A stretch of DNA of 64,000 bases from the NCBI GenBank assembly GCA_031459385.1, contig JAVKIP010000001.1:288001-352000 (forward strand), written 5' to 3'. The stretch is from Candidatus Fervidifonticultor secundus (GTDB lineage Bacteria > Sysuimicrobiota > Sysuimicrobiia > Sysuimicrobiales > Humicultoraceae). A model generated the notes under the pieces. That model was not told the origin of the DNA. It searched no databases and saw only the letters and a list, made by a program, of their open reading frames with translations. This document shows, piece after piece, positions 18,392 through 27,943 of this stretch. Every line of letters begins with the position of its first letter. Positions within the stretch are counted from its first letter, which is position 1. The position numbers and the translations under genes are program-made.

Positions 18392-20094
18392 CGCCTCCGC
18401 CAGGCCTGGGTGCGCCGGTCGAGCCCCCGCGCCACCAGCAGGTGGAGCAGCTTCACCGCCGCCGACGTGTAGAAGATCATCATGGCCATGGCCGCGGCGG
18501 CGCCCTGCTGGCCGGTGTCGTCCATGTAGACCACCGCGATGGACGCCAGGCGGGTGTGCGGCGCCCACAGGAAGATTACTGCCGAGACTGTGGTCATGGC
18601 GTTGACGAACAGGTAGACCGCGATGTCGAGGATGGCTGGCAGGCACACCGGCACCGTGACGGCCCAGAGCGTGCGGTAGAACGGTGCCCGCAGCGACGCC
18701 GAGACGGCTTCGAACTCGGCGTCGAGCTGCTTGAGGGCCGTGGTCGCGGTCAGGTGGCTCACGGTGTAGAAGTGGACGATGGTGTTGATCACCATGATGG
18801 CCAGGGTGTTGTAGAGGAACCCCAGGGGGTTGGCGGGGTGGTTGAAGAAGAAGATGTAGCTGATGCCCAGCACCAGCCCCGGTACGGCTAAGGGCAGCAT
18901 GGCCAGCAGCTGCGTCAGGACCCGCACCGGTCCCCACCCCCGGGTCTTCTCCAGCAGGTAGGCGGTGGTGAAGACGATGGCCGTGCCCACCAGGGCCGCG
19001 GCCCCCGCCATCCTCAGAGAGTTCGTGTACGGCAGCCAGCCCTGGGTCTCGAAGCGGGCAAAGTTGTAGTTTTTCAGCCCCAGCGCCAGGTTGTAGGGCC
19101 AGAACGAGACAAACGAGCCCCACGCGGCCACCGCCAGTAGGCCCACGATGGGCACGGCGATGAGGGTACAGATGCCGAAGAACGTCCAGTCCACCGCCGG
19201 GCGCGGCCGGGGCTGGAGCGGCACCGCCTGGGGCGTGAGGGTGGCCTGCTGGCGGAGGCGCACGTAGCGTTCGGCCAGGAACGAGAGCACCGCGGGGACC
19301 AGCAGGATCATGCTGACCACGGCACCGGTCTCGAAGTTCTGGCGGCCGAAGACCTGCTTGTAGACGTCGGTGGCCAGCACGTTGAACTGTCCGCCGATGA
19401 CCTTGGGAATGCCGAAGTCGGTGATGACCAGGGTGAACACCACGAAGGCGGCGCTCATGAGGCCGTACTTGGCGCCGGGCACTGTGACCGTCAGGAAGAT
19501 CCGCCGGGGTGTGGCGCCCAGCGCGGCCGCCGACTCGTACAGCCGCGCGTCGGCCGTGGCCAGGGCGGTGGTCAAGATCATCAGGGCGTGGGGGAAGCAG
19601 TAGACGGCCTCGGCCGCGACGATCCCCAGCGGCCCGTAGATGGAGTGACCCAGCAGCCAGTCCCGGAGCAGCCCCTGGTTGCCGAACAGGTAGACCAGGG
19701 CCAGGGCCTGCAGCAGCGACGGTGCCAGGATGGGGACCAGCGCCACCGCGCCGAAGACCGCCTTGGCCTTCATGCTCGTGCGGGTCAGCGCATAGGCGTA
19801 GAGGAACGCAGCCGGCAGCACCAGCACCGTGGTGACCACCGCCACCCCCATGCTGTGCCAGATGGACGACGCCAGCGCAGGACTCGCCAGGTACTCGGCG
19901 TAGTTGGCCAAGCCCACGAACCGCCCGTCCCGGTCGAGGAACGACTTGGACAGCAGCGCCCACAGGGGACCCGCCACGGTCACCGCCAGCCACAGCGCCG
20001 CACCGGCCAGGCCCGCGCGGGCGAGGCGCTCGTCGGCAGCCAGCTGCCGGCGCAGGGGCCGGGCCGCCCGGGGGGTCAGCGCCGTCGTGACCAC
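18388..20094 (-). CDS. Putative 2-aminoethylphosphonate ABC transporter permease (PhnU2-like, duplicated TM domain)
   Basis: LVYLFGNQG, ADARLYE, TDFGIPKVIGG, HFYTVSHLTA, FVNAMTTVSAV. Confidence 0.9.
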   Translation of the reverse strand: MVTTALTPRAARPLRRQLAADERLARAGLAGAALWLAVTVAGPLWALLSKSFLDRDGRFVGLANYAEYLASPALASSIWHSMGVAVVTTVLVLPAAFLYAYALTRTSMKAKAVFGAVALVPILAPSLLQALALVYLFGNQGLLRDWLLGHSIYGPLGIVAAEAVYCFPHALMILTTALATADARLYESAAALGATPRRIFLTVTVPGAKYGLMSAAFVVFTLVITDFGIPKVIGGQFNVLATDVYKQVFGRQNFETGAVVSMILLVPAVLSFLAERYVRLRQQATLTPQAVPLQPRPRPAVDWTFFGICTLIAVPIVGLLAVAAWGSFVSFWPYNLALGLKNYNFARFETQGWLPYTNSLRMAGAAALVGTAIVFTTAYLLEKTRGWGPVRVLTQLLAMLPLAVPGLVLGISYIFFFNHPANPLGFLYNTLAIMVINTIVHFYTVSHLTATTALKQLDAEFEAVSASLRAPFYRTLWAVTVPVCLPAILDIAVYLFVNAMTTVSAVIFLWAPHTRLASIAVVYMDDTGQQGAAAAMAMMIFYTSAAVKLLHLLVARGLDRRTQAWRRR

Positions 20095-20100
20095 GGCGGC

Positions 20101-21180
20101 TCAGTCGCCGGGGAAGACGCGGACGCGGTCAGCAGGCACGGACACGGTGAGGGTCCGGCCCGGTGCCAGGTTCACCTCGCGGTGCAGGTGCGCGGGAACG
20201 TCGGCACGGAGGGCGGCGGCATCCGCTGCGGCCGGCCGGAGGGTGGCCCGGTAGAAGGATCCCAGGAAGTCGACGGCGACCACCTCGGCTGCGATGGTGT
20301 TGGGGGCACCGGTACGGGCGCCGCGAACGTCCACGTCCTCGGGGCGGAAGCAGACGCGCACCGGGCTCCCCGCCGACAGGCCGTCGGCAGGGGCGCAGGT
20401 CAGTTCTGTGGCACCGACACGCACGCGGTCAGGGCGCAGCAGGGTACCGCGGAGGAAGTTCATCTCGCCTACGAAGTCGGCGACGAAGGAGGTGGCAGGG
20501 TGTTGGTAGACGTCCATGGGCGTGCCGATCTGCTCGATGACGCCATGGTTCATGACCGCGATGCGGTCAGCCATGGTCAGGGCCTCCTCCTGATCGTGGG
20601 TGACCAGGATCGTCGTCACGCCCAGCTGGCGTTGCAGGTGGCGGACCTCGTGCCGCAGCCGTACCCGCAGGCGCGCGTCCAGTGCCGACAGCGGTTCGTC
20701 CAGGAGCAGGAGGCTCGGCGACGGCGCCAGGGCCCGGGCCAGCGCCACCCGCTGCTGCTGGCCGCCCGACAGCTGCGCGGGGTACTTGGTCCGCTCGCCC
20801 TGGAGGCCCACCAGGGCCAGCAACTCCTCCACCCGGGCGCGGATCTGGGCCCGGGTGAGCCCTCGGCCCTGGAGGCCGTAGCCGACGTTGTCGAAGACCG
20901 TCAGGTTGGGGAACAGGGCGTACGACTGGAAGACGATGCCGAAGTCGCGACGTGCTGGCGGCAGGCCGGAGATGTCGCGTCCTTCCCTGAGGACACGGCC
21001 GCGGGTCTGGACCTCCAGGCCCATGATGATCCGCAACAGCGTGGTCTTCCCGCACCCTGAGGGGCCGAGCAGGCAGACGAACTCGCCCCGGCCGACGTCG
21101 AAGCTGACGTCCCGCAGCGCCACGAACGCCCCAAACGTCTTCCAGATCTGCTCGACCTGGAGGTAACGGGCGTCGTGCAT
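20101..21180 (-). CDS. Putative 2-aminoethylphosphonate ABC transporter ATP-binding protein (PhnT2-like)
   Basis: [39 protein letters not shown]-like C-terminus. Confidence 0.9.
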   Translation of the reverse strand: MHDARYLQVEQIWKTFGAFVALRDVSFDVGRGEFVCLLGPSGCGKTTLLRIIMGLEVQTRGRVLREGRDISGLPPARRDFGIVFQSYALFPNLTVFDNVGYGLQGRGLTRAQIRARVEELLALVGLQGERTKYPAQLSGGQQQRVALARALAPSPSLLLLDEPLSALDARLRVRLRHEVRHLQRQLGVTTILVTHDQEEALTMADRIAVMNHGVIEQIGTPMDVYQHPATSFVADFVGEMNFLRGTLLRPDRVRVGATELTCAPADGLSAGSPVRVCFRPEDVDVRGARTGAPNTIAAEVVAVDFLGSFYRATLRPAAADAAALRADVPAHLHREVNLAPGRTLTVSVPADRVRVFPGD

Positions 21181-21281
21181 GGTGGCAGCCAGGACGGCCC
21201 TGCCGGCCGCGGCCTCACCGCTGACCGGCCCGGGGCTGGTGCCGGTGCGACCAGGCCCCGGGCACGGCAGGCGATCTGGGG

Positions 21282-22328
21282 CTACCGGGTGGGTTTGCCC
21301 TCGTAGCGGCGCACCCACTCCTTGAGGATGCGGTCACGGTTCTTCGCCATCCACTCGAAGTCGTTCTTGATCATCTTCGCTTCGCCGTCGGGCGGGTAGA
21401 ACGGCGGGAGGTTGGACATACCCGGCATCCCCACGATGGCGTACCACTGGTTGTACATCTCCATGGCTCTGCGGCTGACCGAGAAGTCGACCAGGCGGCG
21501 GGCAGCAGCCAGGTTGCGCGTCCCGCGGTGGATGGCCGTCGCCTCCATGTCCCACCCCGCGCCTTCCCTGGGGACGATGACGTCGATGGGCGCGCCTTCC
21601 TGCTTCAGCCGCGCGCCCCGCATGTCGAAGCCGATGCCCAGGGTGAACTCCCCCCGCGCCGCCTGGACGCAGGGCGCCGAGCCCGAATGGGTGTAGTGGC
21701 CGATGTTGTCGTGGACCTGGTCCATGAACTTCCAGCCGTCCTGCTCGCCGAACAGCTGGAGCCACGCCGAGACCGTCAGGAACCCGGTGCCCGAGGAGTT
21801 GGGGTTGGGCATGACCAGCAACCCCTTGTAGATGGAGTTGGTCAGGTCCTTCCACGACTGCGGCCGCCGGATGCCGCGCCGGGCCGCCTCCCGGGTGTTG
21901 AAGCACACCACCGAGAGGAAGGCGTCCATGCCGGTCCACGTCATGGGGTTCTTGCTGCTGCGGAACTGGGGCTTGAGCTGCTCGGCGCCTCGCGGGGTGT
22001 AGGGCTCGATCATGCCCAGCTCCTCGAAGAGGATGATGCTGGTCACCGCCAGCCCCCAGATGACGTCGGCCCGGGGGTTGGCGCGCTCAGCCAACAGGCG
22101 CGCGGTGACGACACCCGTCGAGTCCCGCACCCAGTCGATGACGATGCCCGGGTTCTCGCGCTCGAAGGTTTCCTTGTAGGGCCCGAGCTGGTCGTTCTCC
22201 AGCGCCGTGTAGACGGTCAGCCGGGTGACCTGAGCGCGGGCCTCGCCCAGCAGGCCCACGGCCAGGGCAGCGGCAACCACCGAGACCGCCAGGTACTGCG
22301 CTGTACGCGTCCACCGTCGTGCCGGCAT
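21282..22328 (-). CDS. Putative 2-aminoethylphosphonate ABC transporter substrate-binding protein (PhnS2-like)
   Basis: [48 protein letters not shown]. Confidence 0.9.
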   Translation of the reverse strand: MPARRWTRTAQYLAVSVVAAALAVGLLGEARAQVTRLTVYTALENDQLGPYKETFERENPGIVIDWVRDSTGVVTARLLAERANPRADVIWGLAVTSIILFEELGMIEPYTPRGAEQLKPQFRSSKNPMTWTGMDAFLSVVCFNTREAARRGIRRPQSWKDLTNSIYKGLLVMPNPNSSGTGFLTVSAWLQLFGEQDGWKFMDQVHDNIGHYTHSGSAPCVQAARGEFTLGIGFDMRGARLKQEGAPIDVIVPREGAGWDMEATAIHRGTRNLAAARRLVDFSVSRRAMEMYNQWYAIVGMPGMSNLPPFYPPDGEAKMIKNDFEWMAKNRDRILKEWVRRYEGKPTR

Positions 22329-22407
22329 AGTCACCCCTCCCGGACGGAACGGTCTGTGGCGCTTCCATTCCCTACGCCGTGCGCAATCCCTTGCCGCTCG
22401 CATCGCC

Positions 22408-23874
22408 CTACCCCGGCAGGCGCATGCGGATGCTTTTGACCTGCGTGTAGCTCAACAGCTCCTCCAGGCACTCCTCCCGCCCGATGCCGCTCTGCTTCAC
22501 CCCGCCGTAGGGCACGCCCAGGGCGTGGCCCCCCGGGATGTTGACCCACACATACCCCGCTTCGAGCCGGCGAGCCACCCGCAGCGCCCGGGCAGAGTCG
22601 CGGGTGTAGATTGCCGCGCTCAGCCCGTAGATGACCGCATTCGCCTGGCGGAGCATCTCCTCCTCGTCGTCCCACGTCAGGACGGCGATCACCGGGCCAA
22701 AGATCTCCTCCTGGGCGATGCGCATCTGTGGCCGCACGCCGTCGAACAGCGTGGGCTGCACGAAGAAGCCCCGGCGCAGCGCCGGATCCTCGGGCGGGCC
22801 GCCGCCGTAGAGGAGGCGGGCGCCCTCGCGGCGGCCGGCCTCGATGTATTCCAGGACCTTCTCATACTGTTCCCGCGACACCAGGCACCCGACCTGGCTG
22901 TCGTCGGCCTCGGGCAGGCCCAGACGCAGCACCCGCAGCCGGGCCAGCAGGGCGTCGACGAACGCGTCGTGCAGGTCGCGGTGGACGAACACCCGGGAGG
23001 TGCTGCTGCACGACTGCCCGGCGCGGTTGAGGTTCATGGCTCCCACCGCCGCCTCGGCCGCCTCGTCGGGCGGGACGTCCGGGAACAGGATCAGCGGGTT
23101 CTTGCCGCCCAGCTCCAGCGTGACCACCTTGAGCCCATCGGCGGCGGCCCGCATGACCGCCCGCCCGGCTTCCACCGAGCCGATCAGGGCGACCCGCCGC
23201 ACCAGGGGGTGGCGGACCAGGGCCGCGCCGGTCGTGGGACCGTCGCCGGTCACGATGTTCACGACGCCCGGCGGGAACAGGTCCGCTACCAGGCGGCCCA
23301 GCACCAGGGACGAGAGGGGGGCCTGCTCGGGCGGTTTGATGACCACGGTGTTGCCGGCCGCCAGCGGCGCCGCCAGCTTCTCGGCCGCGAACCGCAGCGG
23401 GTGGTTGTACGGGTTGATCTTGGCCACGACGCCGTAGGGCTCGCGCACCGTGCACGCAAACTCGCCGAGGCCGGTAGGGTACGTTTCCCCTTTGAGTTCG
23501 GGGGTCAGCCCGGCGAAGTAGTCCAGCGCCTCCGCCGCCCAGTCCACGTCGCGGCGCATGCCGGTGATCACGTTGCCCGAGTTGAGGGCGTCCAGCCGCG
23601 CCAACACGTCGCGGTGCTGGCGGAGGGCGGTGGCCAGCTGACGCAGCCGCACCGCGCGCTCGGCCGGCGGGGTGGCGGTCCAGGCGGGAGCTGCCGCGTG
23701 CGCTGCAGTGACGGCGAGATCGACGTCGGCTTCGTCGGCCAGCGGGACGTGGGCCAGCACTTCCCGGGTGGCGGGGTTGTAGGTCGGCAGGGTACGGCCG
23801 GACCGGCTCTCTTCCCAGCGCCCGCCGATGAACAGCCGGCCGACCGGCAGCTCGTCGAGCAGCGTCACGGACAT
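22408..23874 (-). CDS. Aldehyde dehydrogenase (candidate phosphonoacetaldehyde dehydrogenase)
   Basis: PYNHP, KPPEQ, LELGGKNP, AGQSCSS (catalytic Cys), EEIFGP, PYGGVKQSG. Confidence 0.9.
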   Translation of the reverse strand: MSVTLLDELPVGRLFIGGRWEESRSGRTLPTYNPATREVLAHVPLADEADVDLAVTAAHAAAPAWTATPPAERAVRLRQLATALRQHRDVLARLDALNSGNVITGMRRDVDWAAEALDYFAGLTPELKGETYPTGLGEFACTVREPYGVVAKINPYNHPLRFAAEKLAAPLAAGNTVVIKPPEQAPLSSLVLGRLVADLFPPGVVNIVTGDGPTTGAALVRHPLVRRVALIGSVEAGRAVMRAAADGLKVVTLELGGKNPLILFPDVPPDEAAEAAVGAMNLNRAGQSCSSTSRVFVHRDLHDAFVDALLARLRVLRLGLPEADDSQVGCLVSREQYEKVLEYIEAGRREGARLLYGGGPPEDPALRRGFFVQPTLFDGVRPQMRIAQEEIFGPVIAVLTWDDEEEMLRQANAVIYGLSAAIYTRDSARALRVARRLEAGYVWVNIPGGHALGVPYGGVKQSGIGREECLEELLSYTQVKSIRMRLPG

Positions 23875-24078
23875 GTCCAGCCCCTGGGGCGTCGCCCCTG
23901 GCGGTAGTGTCGTGAGGTCATGCGCGTATCGCCTCGCGTGCTTCCCGCAGGGCCGCCCGCGCGGCTTCCATGGCCCAGGAGCACCGACCCCCAACCCATG
24001 GGGAAGTTCCACGTACCGGCGGCCCGTCGTGTCCCATGCCCGGTACCCATGCCCGCGCCCTCCCCGCCGCGCACAGTG

Positions 24079-24945
24079 CTACCCGGGGTGCGGGACTGCC
24101 AGCCGCTCGGGCGGCAGCGTGCGCTCCGGCGGCCCGTCGTAGAACTCCGGTTTCTGCAGCTCCAGGTCCAGCGGTTGCACGATGGGTGCCTGCGTCGAGG
24201 CCCGCCAGCCGCGCTCGCGGTGCATCTCCTCGTAGGTGTGGGCGATGAGCCCTACCGTCCGCGACAGCAGGTAGACGCCCTTGATCAGGTCCACGTCGAA
24301 CCCCATGTCCATGCAGATGGCGCCCACCGCCCCGGGGCCGTTCAGGTAGAGGCGCCGACCCCAGAACTCCTCGGTGGCCGCCTCGATGGCCCGGGCCATG
24401 GCCACGTGTCGCCCGGCCACCCCGTAGGCGTCGGCCAGCTCCAGCAGGCGCGCGGTGCGCGGGTCGACGATGTGCTGCGCATGGTGGTAGCCAGGCAGCC
24501 GTCGGCCCTCCCGCCGCGCCTCGCCGGCGACGCGGCGCGCGGTCTCCTCGAGGGTGAGACCTTCTTGGTCCATGCGGGCGATCGCCTCCTTGAACAGCGC
24601 CGCGGGCCGGTCGGCCGTGCCGTGGAGCGCGCCGAGGGCGAGCAGCCCGCCCGCCACGCCCACGTGCAGCGGCACACCGCCCGAGGTGACGAAGCGGCAG
24701 GCCGCCGACGACGGCGAGAACGCGTGCTCGCACTGGTTCACCAGAATGGCATCGAGCATGCGGGCGTGGTGCTCGGGGGGCAACTCGCCGCGCCAGACCA
24801 GGTAGGCCATCTCGGCGAACGAGACCCGACCCGTCAGGTCGTTGATGTTGTACCCGCGGACCACCACGCGGTCCCGGGTCTTGTAGGCGATGGCGGTACG
24901 CCAGTGGAATGGCTCCCGGCGCGGTGTCGCTGCGGCTGGTTCCAT
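24079..24945 (-). CDS. Citrate synthase-fold protein (citryl-CoA lyase family) with altered active site
   Basis: WRTAIA...VVVRGY..DL.G..SFAE...L.WRGELP N-terminus, DPRTARL, SRTVGLIAH..EE, YDGP; GGAGG RBS. Confidence 0.85.
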   Translation of the reverse strand: MEPAAATPRREPFHWRTAIAYKTRDRVVVRGYNINDLTGRVSFAEMAYLVWRGELPPEHHARMLDAILVNQCEHAFSPSSAACRFVTSGGVPLHVGVAGGLLALGALHGTADRPAALFKEAIARMDQEGLTLEETARRVAGEARREGRRLPGYHHAQHIVDPRTARLLELADAYGVAGRHVAMARAIEAATEEFWGRRLYLNGPGAVGAICMDMGFDVDLIKGVYLLSRTVGLIAHTYEEMHRERGWRASTQAPIVQPLDLELQKPEFYDGPPERTLPPERLAVPHPG

Positions 24946-24990
24946 GGACGGGACCTCCTCCGGTGCTCTGCGCGCGTCGGCCGGCGCCGG

Positions 24991-25824
24991 CTATCGCGGC
25001 GCCGGCCGGACGCCGGCGACGGTGGCGTCGTCGGACCTCAGGTAGACACGCTGCGGGTCGAGCTCTTCGCGCAGCACCCGCAGGTCCTCGGCCTCTGGCG
25101 GTGCCACCGTGCCCACGTCCGCCGCCACCTCGGGCCGGAACCCTGTCTGGGCCAGGACGTCGTCCACGCGCACCCCCGGCATCAGGCGCGTCAGGCGCAG
25201 CGTGCACGTCACGGGATCGCTTTCGAGCACCGCCAGGTCGGTGACCACGGTCACGGCGAAGTCGGGAGACAGCCCGGCCCGCTGGCGGGCCCCGGGGCCG
25301 TCGAGGAACCCGGGGCTGGTGATGTAGTCGCACCGCTCGGGGAACCGGCGCCTCTCGTGGTGGGCGATGATGAGCAGCCGTCGGCAGTGGCTGGCCATAT
25401 CGTTGGCACCGCCGCTGCCCGGCAGCCGGCGGCGCAGCGCGCCCGGCGGGCCGATCTGCGTCGAGTTGATGTTGGCGTGGCGGTCGATCTGCGCGCCGCC
25501 CAGGAAGCCCACGTCGATCAGCCCCCGCTGGAGCAGGCCGCCCAGCACCTCCCGCAGCGTGCCCAGGCGCATCGCACGCGCCATGACCTTGGGGTCAGAG
25601 ACCGAGATCGGTGTCGGCCGCACCAGCGGCGCGATGACGCCGCTCTCGATGACCATGACGACACCCGGGGCGTGGCGGCGCTGCGCCAGGGCCGTGGCCA
25701 GCAGGGGCAGACCCGTGCCGACGAAGACCACCTCGCCGTCGCGCAGGCGGCGGGCGGCCTCGATCACCATGAGCTCCTGGTGACTGAAGGCGCGCGCCCG
25801 GTCGGTGCCCGTCGCCTGAGGCAC
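24991..25824 (-). CDS. Family I CoA-transferase beta subunit (GctB/CatJ-like)
   Basis: VFVGTGLP, MVIESG (catalytic Glu), GFLGGAQID, RLPGSGGAND, VVTDL. Confidence 0.9.
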   Translation of the reverse strand: MPQATGTDRARAFSHQELMVIEAARRLRDGEVVFVGTGLPLLATALAQRRHAPGVVMVIESGVIAPLVRPTPISVSDPKVMARAMRLGTLREVLGGLLQRGLIDVGFLGGAQIDRHANINSTQIGPPGALRRRLPGSGGANDMASHCRRLLIIAHHERRRFPERCDYITSPGFLDGPGARQRAGLSPDFAVTVVTDLAVLESDPVTCTLRLTRLMPGVRVDDVLAQTGFRPEVAADVGTVAPPEAEDLRVLREELDPQRVYLRSDDATVAGVRPAPR

Positions 25825-25867
25825 TACCGCGCCCTCCGCGCCACCGGCGCCGCCGCCACGTCCGGCA

Positions 25868-26863
25868 CTACAGCACCTCCCGCATGGCCGCGCGCAGCGC
25901 CGCCAGGCGCGCCGGGCCCGCGGTCCGCGCCAGGTAGTCGTCGAAGGACGGACAGTCCCACACCGTCGCCTGGAGGTACGCGTCTACCGCGGCCGGTCCG
26001 GCGCGGGCCGCCTCCTGGTAGCGGGCGACTTCGAGCGCGTCGTAGTCGTAGTGGCCGTAGACCGACGTGGGGTAGGCGCCGAACGGCTGGACCACCACGG
26101 CGTCGACGTACATGAAGGGCACCGTCGTCCGCTCGGGGGCGGCCCGGATCTCGTCGGTCGAGATCAACTCCTCGCACGAGACGACCACGGCCCGCGAGGC
26201 GCGCAGCATCTCGGGCTCGTGGGTGGCGAAGCCTTCGATGACGAGGTTGCCGAGCGGGTCGGCGCGCTGGACGTGCACGATGGAGACGTCGGGCTGCAGC
26301 GCCGGCACCAGGACCACGGGCTCGCCCGGCGCCCAGGGGTTGTCGACGACCACGGCCTTGCCGGGCCCGCGCGGCGCGGGCGTGTCGGCGCCCGGCGCCG
26401 CGGCACCCCGCCCCCCGTGGGGCGCCGCACCCGCAGGGGGGACCCCCAGCATGTCGGAGCCCAGCAGGCTGCGCGTCGGCATGAACGGCACGCCCATCTC
26501 ACCGGCCAGGAAGCGGCTGACCATGGCCAGGTGGCTGTAGTCCTCATGCTCCAGGGTGCCGTCCTCGATGCCGCGGCGCCAGCAAAACGTCACCCCGAAC
26601 CGCTCCAGGTTGCCCGAGCCCGACTCGGTGCGCCGGACCAGGCCGGCGCCGACCAGCTGGTCCATGCCGATCGACAGGTTGCAGCCCACCACGGTCAGGC
26701 CGCCGATGCGCTGGCGGATGATCTCGTGGGTCAGCGCCTGGGGACAGCGACCGATGTTCTGGCCGCCCATGCCCAGCACGCTGCCCGGCCGCACGAAGCG
26801 CGCGACCGCCTCGGCTGCTGTCATGACTTTGGGCGCGGTGCGGGCCGCGGCGGGAACTGCCAC
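25868..26863 (-). CDS. Family I CoA-transferase alpha subunit (GctA/CatI-like)
   Basis: KVMTAAEAVARFV, GVPFMPTRSLLGSD, PALQPDVSIVHVQRAD, PFGAYPT; GTG 26863 after GGAGG. Confidence 0.9.
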   Translation of the reverse strand: MAVPAAARTAPKVMTAAEAVARFVRPGSVLGMGGQNIGRCPQALTHEIIRQRIGGLTVVGCNLSIGMDQLVGAGLVRRTESGSGNLERFGVTFCWRRGIEDGTLEHEDYSHLAMVSRFLAGEMGVPFMPTRSLLGSDMLGVPPAGAAPHGGRGAAAPGADTPAPRGPGKAVVVDNPWAPGEPVVLVPALQPDVSIVHVQRADPLGNLVIEGFATHEPEMLRASRAVVVSCEELISTDEIRAAPERTTVPFMYVDAVVVQPFGAYPTSVYGHYDYDALEVARYQEAARAGPAAVDAYLQATVWDCPSFDDYLARTAGPARLAALRAAMREVL

Positions 26864-26947
26864 TGCCGACCTCCAGGGGCACGCTGGCTTGCCTGCATTA
26901 TGGGAGGGGGCCTGGATAATGTCAAATAAGAGATGCGCGACGTTTTC

Positions 26948-26960
26948 TAAGAAGATATTA
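26948..26960. promoter_or_regulatory. LysR recognition box T-N11-A (TAA-N7-TTA)
   Basis: TAAGAAGATATTA in the AT-rich divergent intergenic region, 3 nt before the LysR ATG. Confidence 0.6.
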
Positions 26961-26963
26961 TAG

Positions 26964-27926
26964 ATGGCGATGGCGCGCGCGCCCCTGCCCCTGGGCCCCC
27001 TGCGCACGTTCCACCAGGTGGTGGTCCACCAGGCTTTCAACCGGGCCGCGCGCGCCCTGGGCGTCACGCAGCCCGCGGTCACCCAGCAGATGCGCCGGCT
27101 CGAGCGGGCCACAGGCGTCACCCTCTTCGAGCGCGACGGCCGCCGGCTGGTGCTCACCGAGGCCGGCCGGGCCCTGGCCGTCTACACGCAGCGCATCTTC
27201 GACCTGGTGGACGCCGCGCAGGACGCCCTGGCCGGCGCCCGCGAGCTGCGCACCGGCATCCTGCGGGTGGGCGCCAGTCGCACGGCCGGCGCCTACTACA
27301 TCGCCGACCTGCTCGACCGCTTCAAGCAGCGCTACCCCGGCGTGAAGGTGAGTTTGACGGTGGGGAACTCCCAGCTCGTCCTCGACCGGATCCGGGAGTT
27401 CTCACTGCACGCCGGACTCGTCGCCGGCCGGCCCGACGACGCGGCGCTGGTGACCCGGCCGCTGGTCCGGGACCGGATGCTCGTGGTGCTGCCCCCGCGC
27501 CACCCGCTGGCGCAGCAGGCCCGCGTCTCCATTCGCGACCTGCAGGGCTGGCCCCTCATCATGCGCGAGCCGGGCTCCACGACGCGCCACCTCATCGAAC
27601 AGGCTGCGGCGGCACGCGGGGTGCTCGTCGACGCCGCGATGGAGCTCGAGAGCAACGAGGCCATCAAGAGCGCGGTGGCCGACGGGATCGGGGTGGCGAT
27701 CATGGCCCACGCCGCCGTGGCCCAGGACCTGGCGAGCGGCCGTCTGGTCGGCCGCCCGTTGCGCGAGGCCCTGGCGCTGGACTTCGCGCTGGTCTACCAC
27801 CGCGACCGGGTGCTGGCGCCCGTGCTGGCGGCGTTCCTGGCGTTGCTGCCGGCGCGCGCACGCCGCGGCGCCGGTGCCCCCGGAGGAAAGCACACGCCGG
27901 GGCAGGAACCAAGGGGCCGGCGTTAG
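26964..27926 (+). CDS. LysR-family transcriptional regulator of the phosphonate locus
   Basis: FNRAARALGVTQPAVTQQMRRLE, LFER, LTEAG, REPGSTTR, ESNEAIK. Confidence 0.93.
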   Translation: MAMARAPLPLGPLRTFHQVVVHQAFNRAARALGVTQPAVTQQMRRLERATGVTLFERDGRRLVLTEAGRALAVYTQRIFDLVDAAQDALAGARELRTGILRVGASRTAGAYYIADLLDRFKQRYPGVKVSLTVGNSQLVLDRIREFSLHAGLVAGRPDDAALVTRPLVRDRMLVVLPPRHPLAQQARVSIRDLQGWPLIMREPGSTTRHLIEQAAAARGVLVDAAMELESNEAIKSAVADGIGVAIMAHAAVAQDLASGRLVGRPLREALALDFALVYHRDRVLAPVLAAFLALLPARARRGAGAPGGKHTPGQEPRGRR

Positions 27927-27943
27927 AACCCGGAGGCGTCGCG

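Noticed and set aside
17261..19993. 910-aa ORF suggesting a large PhnW fusion
   Set aside because: The upstream part is an alternative frame over the permease gene; PhnW starts at 18391. The same artefact inflates ORFs 8245-9951, 11015-12499, 32163-33998, 42448-45051 and 44589-47270.
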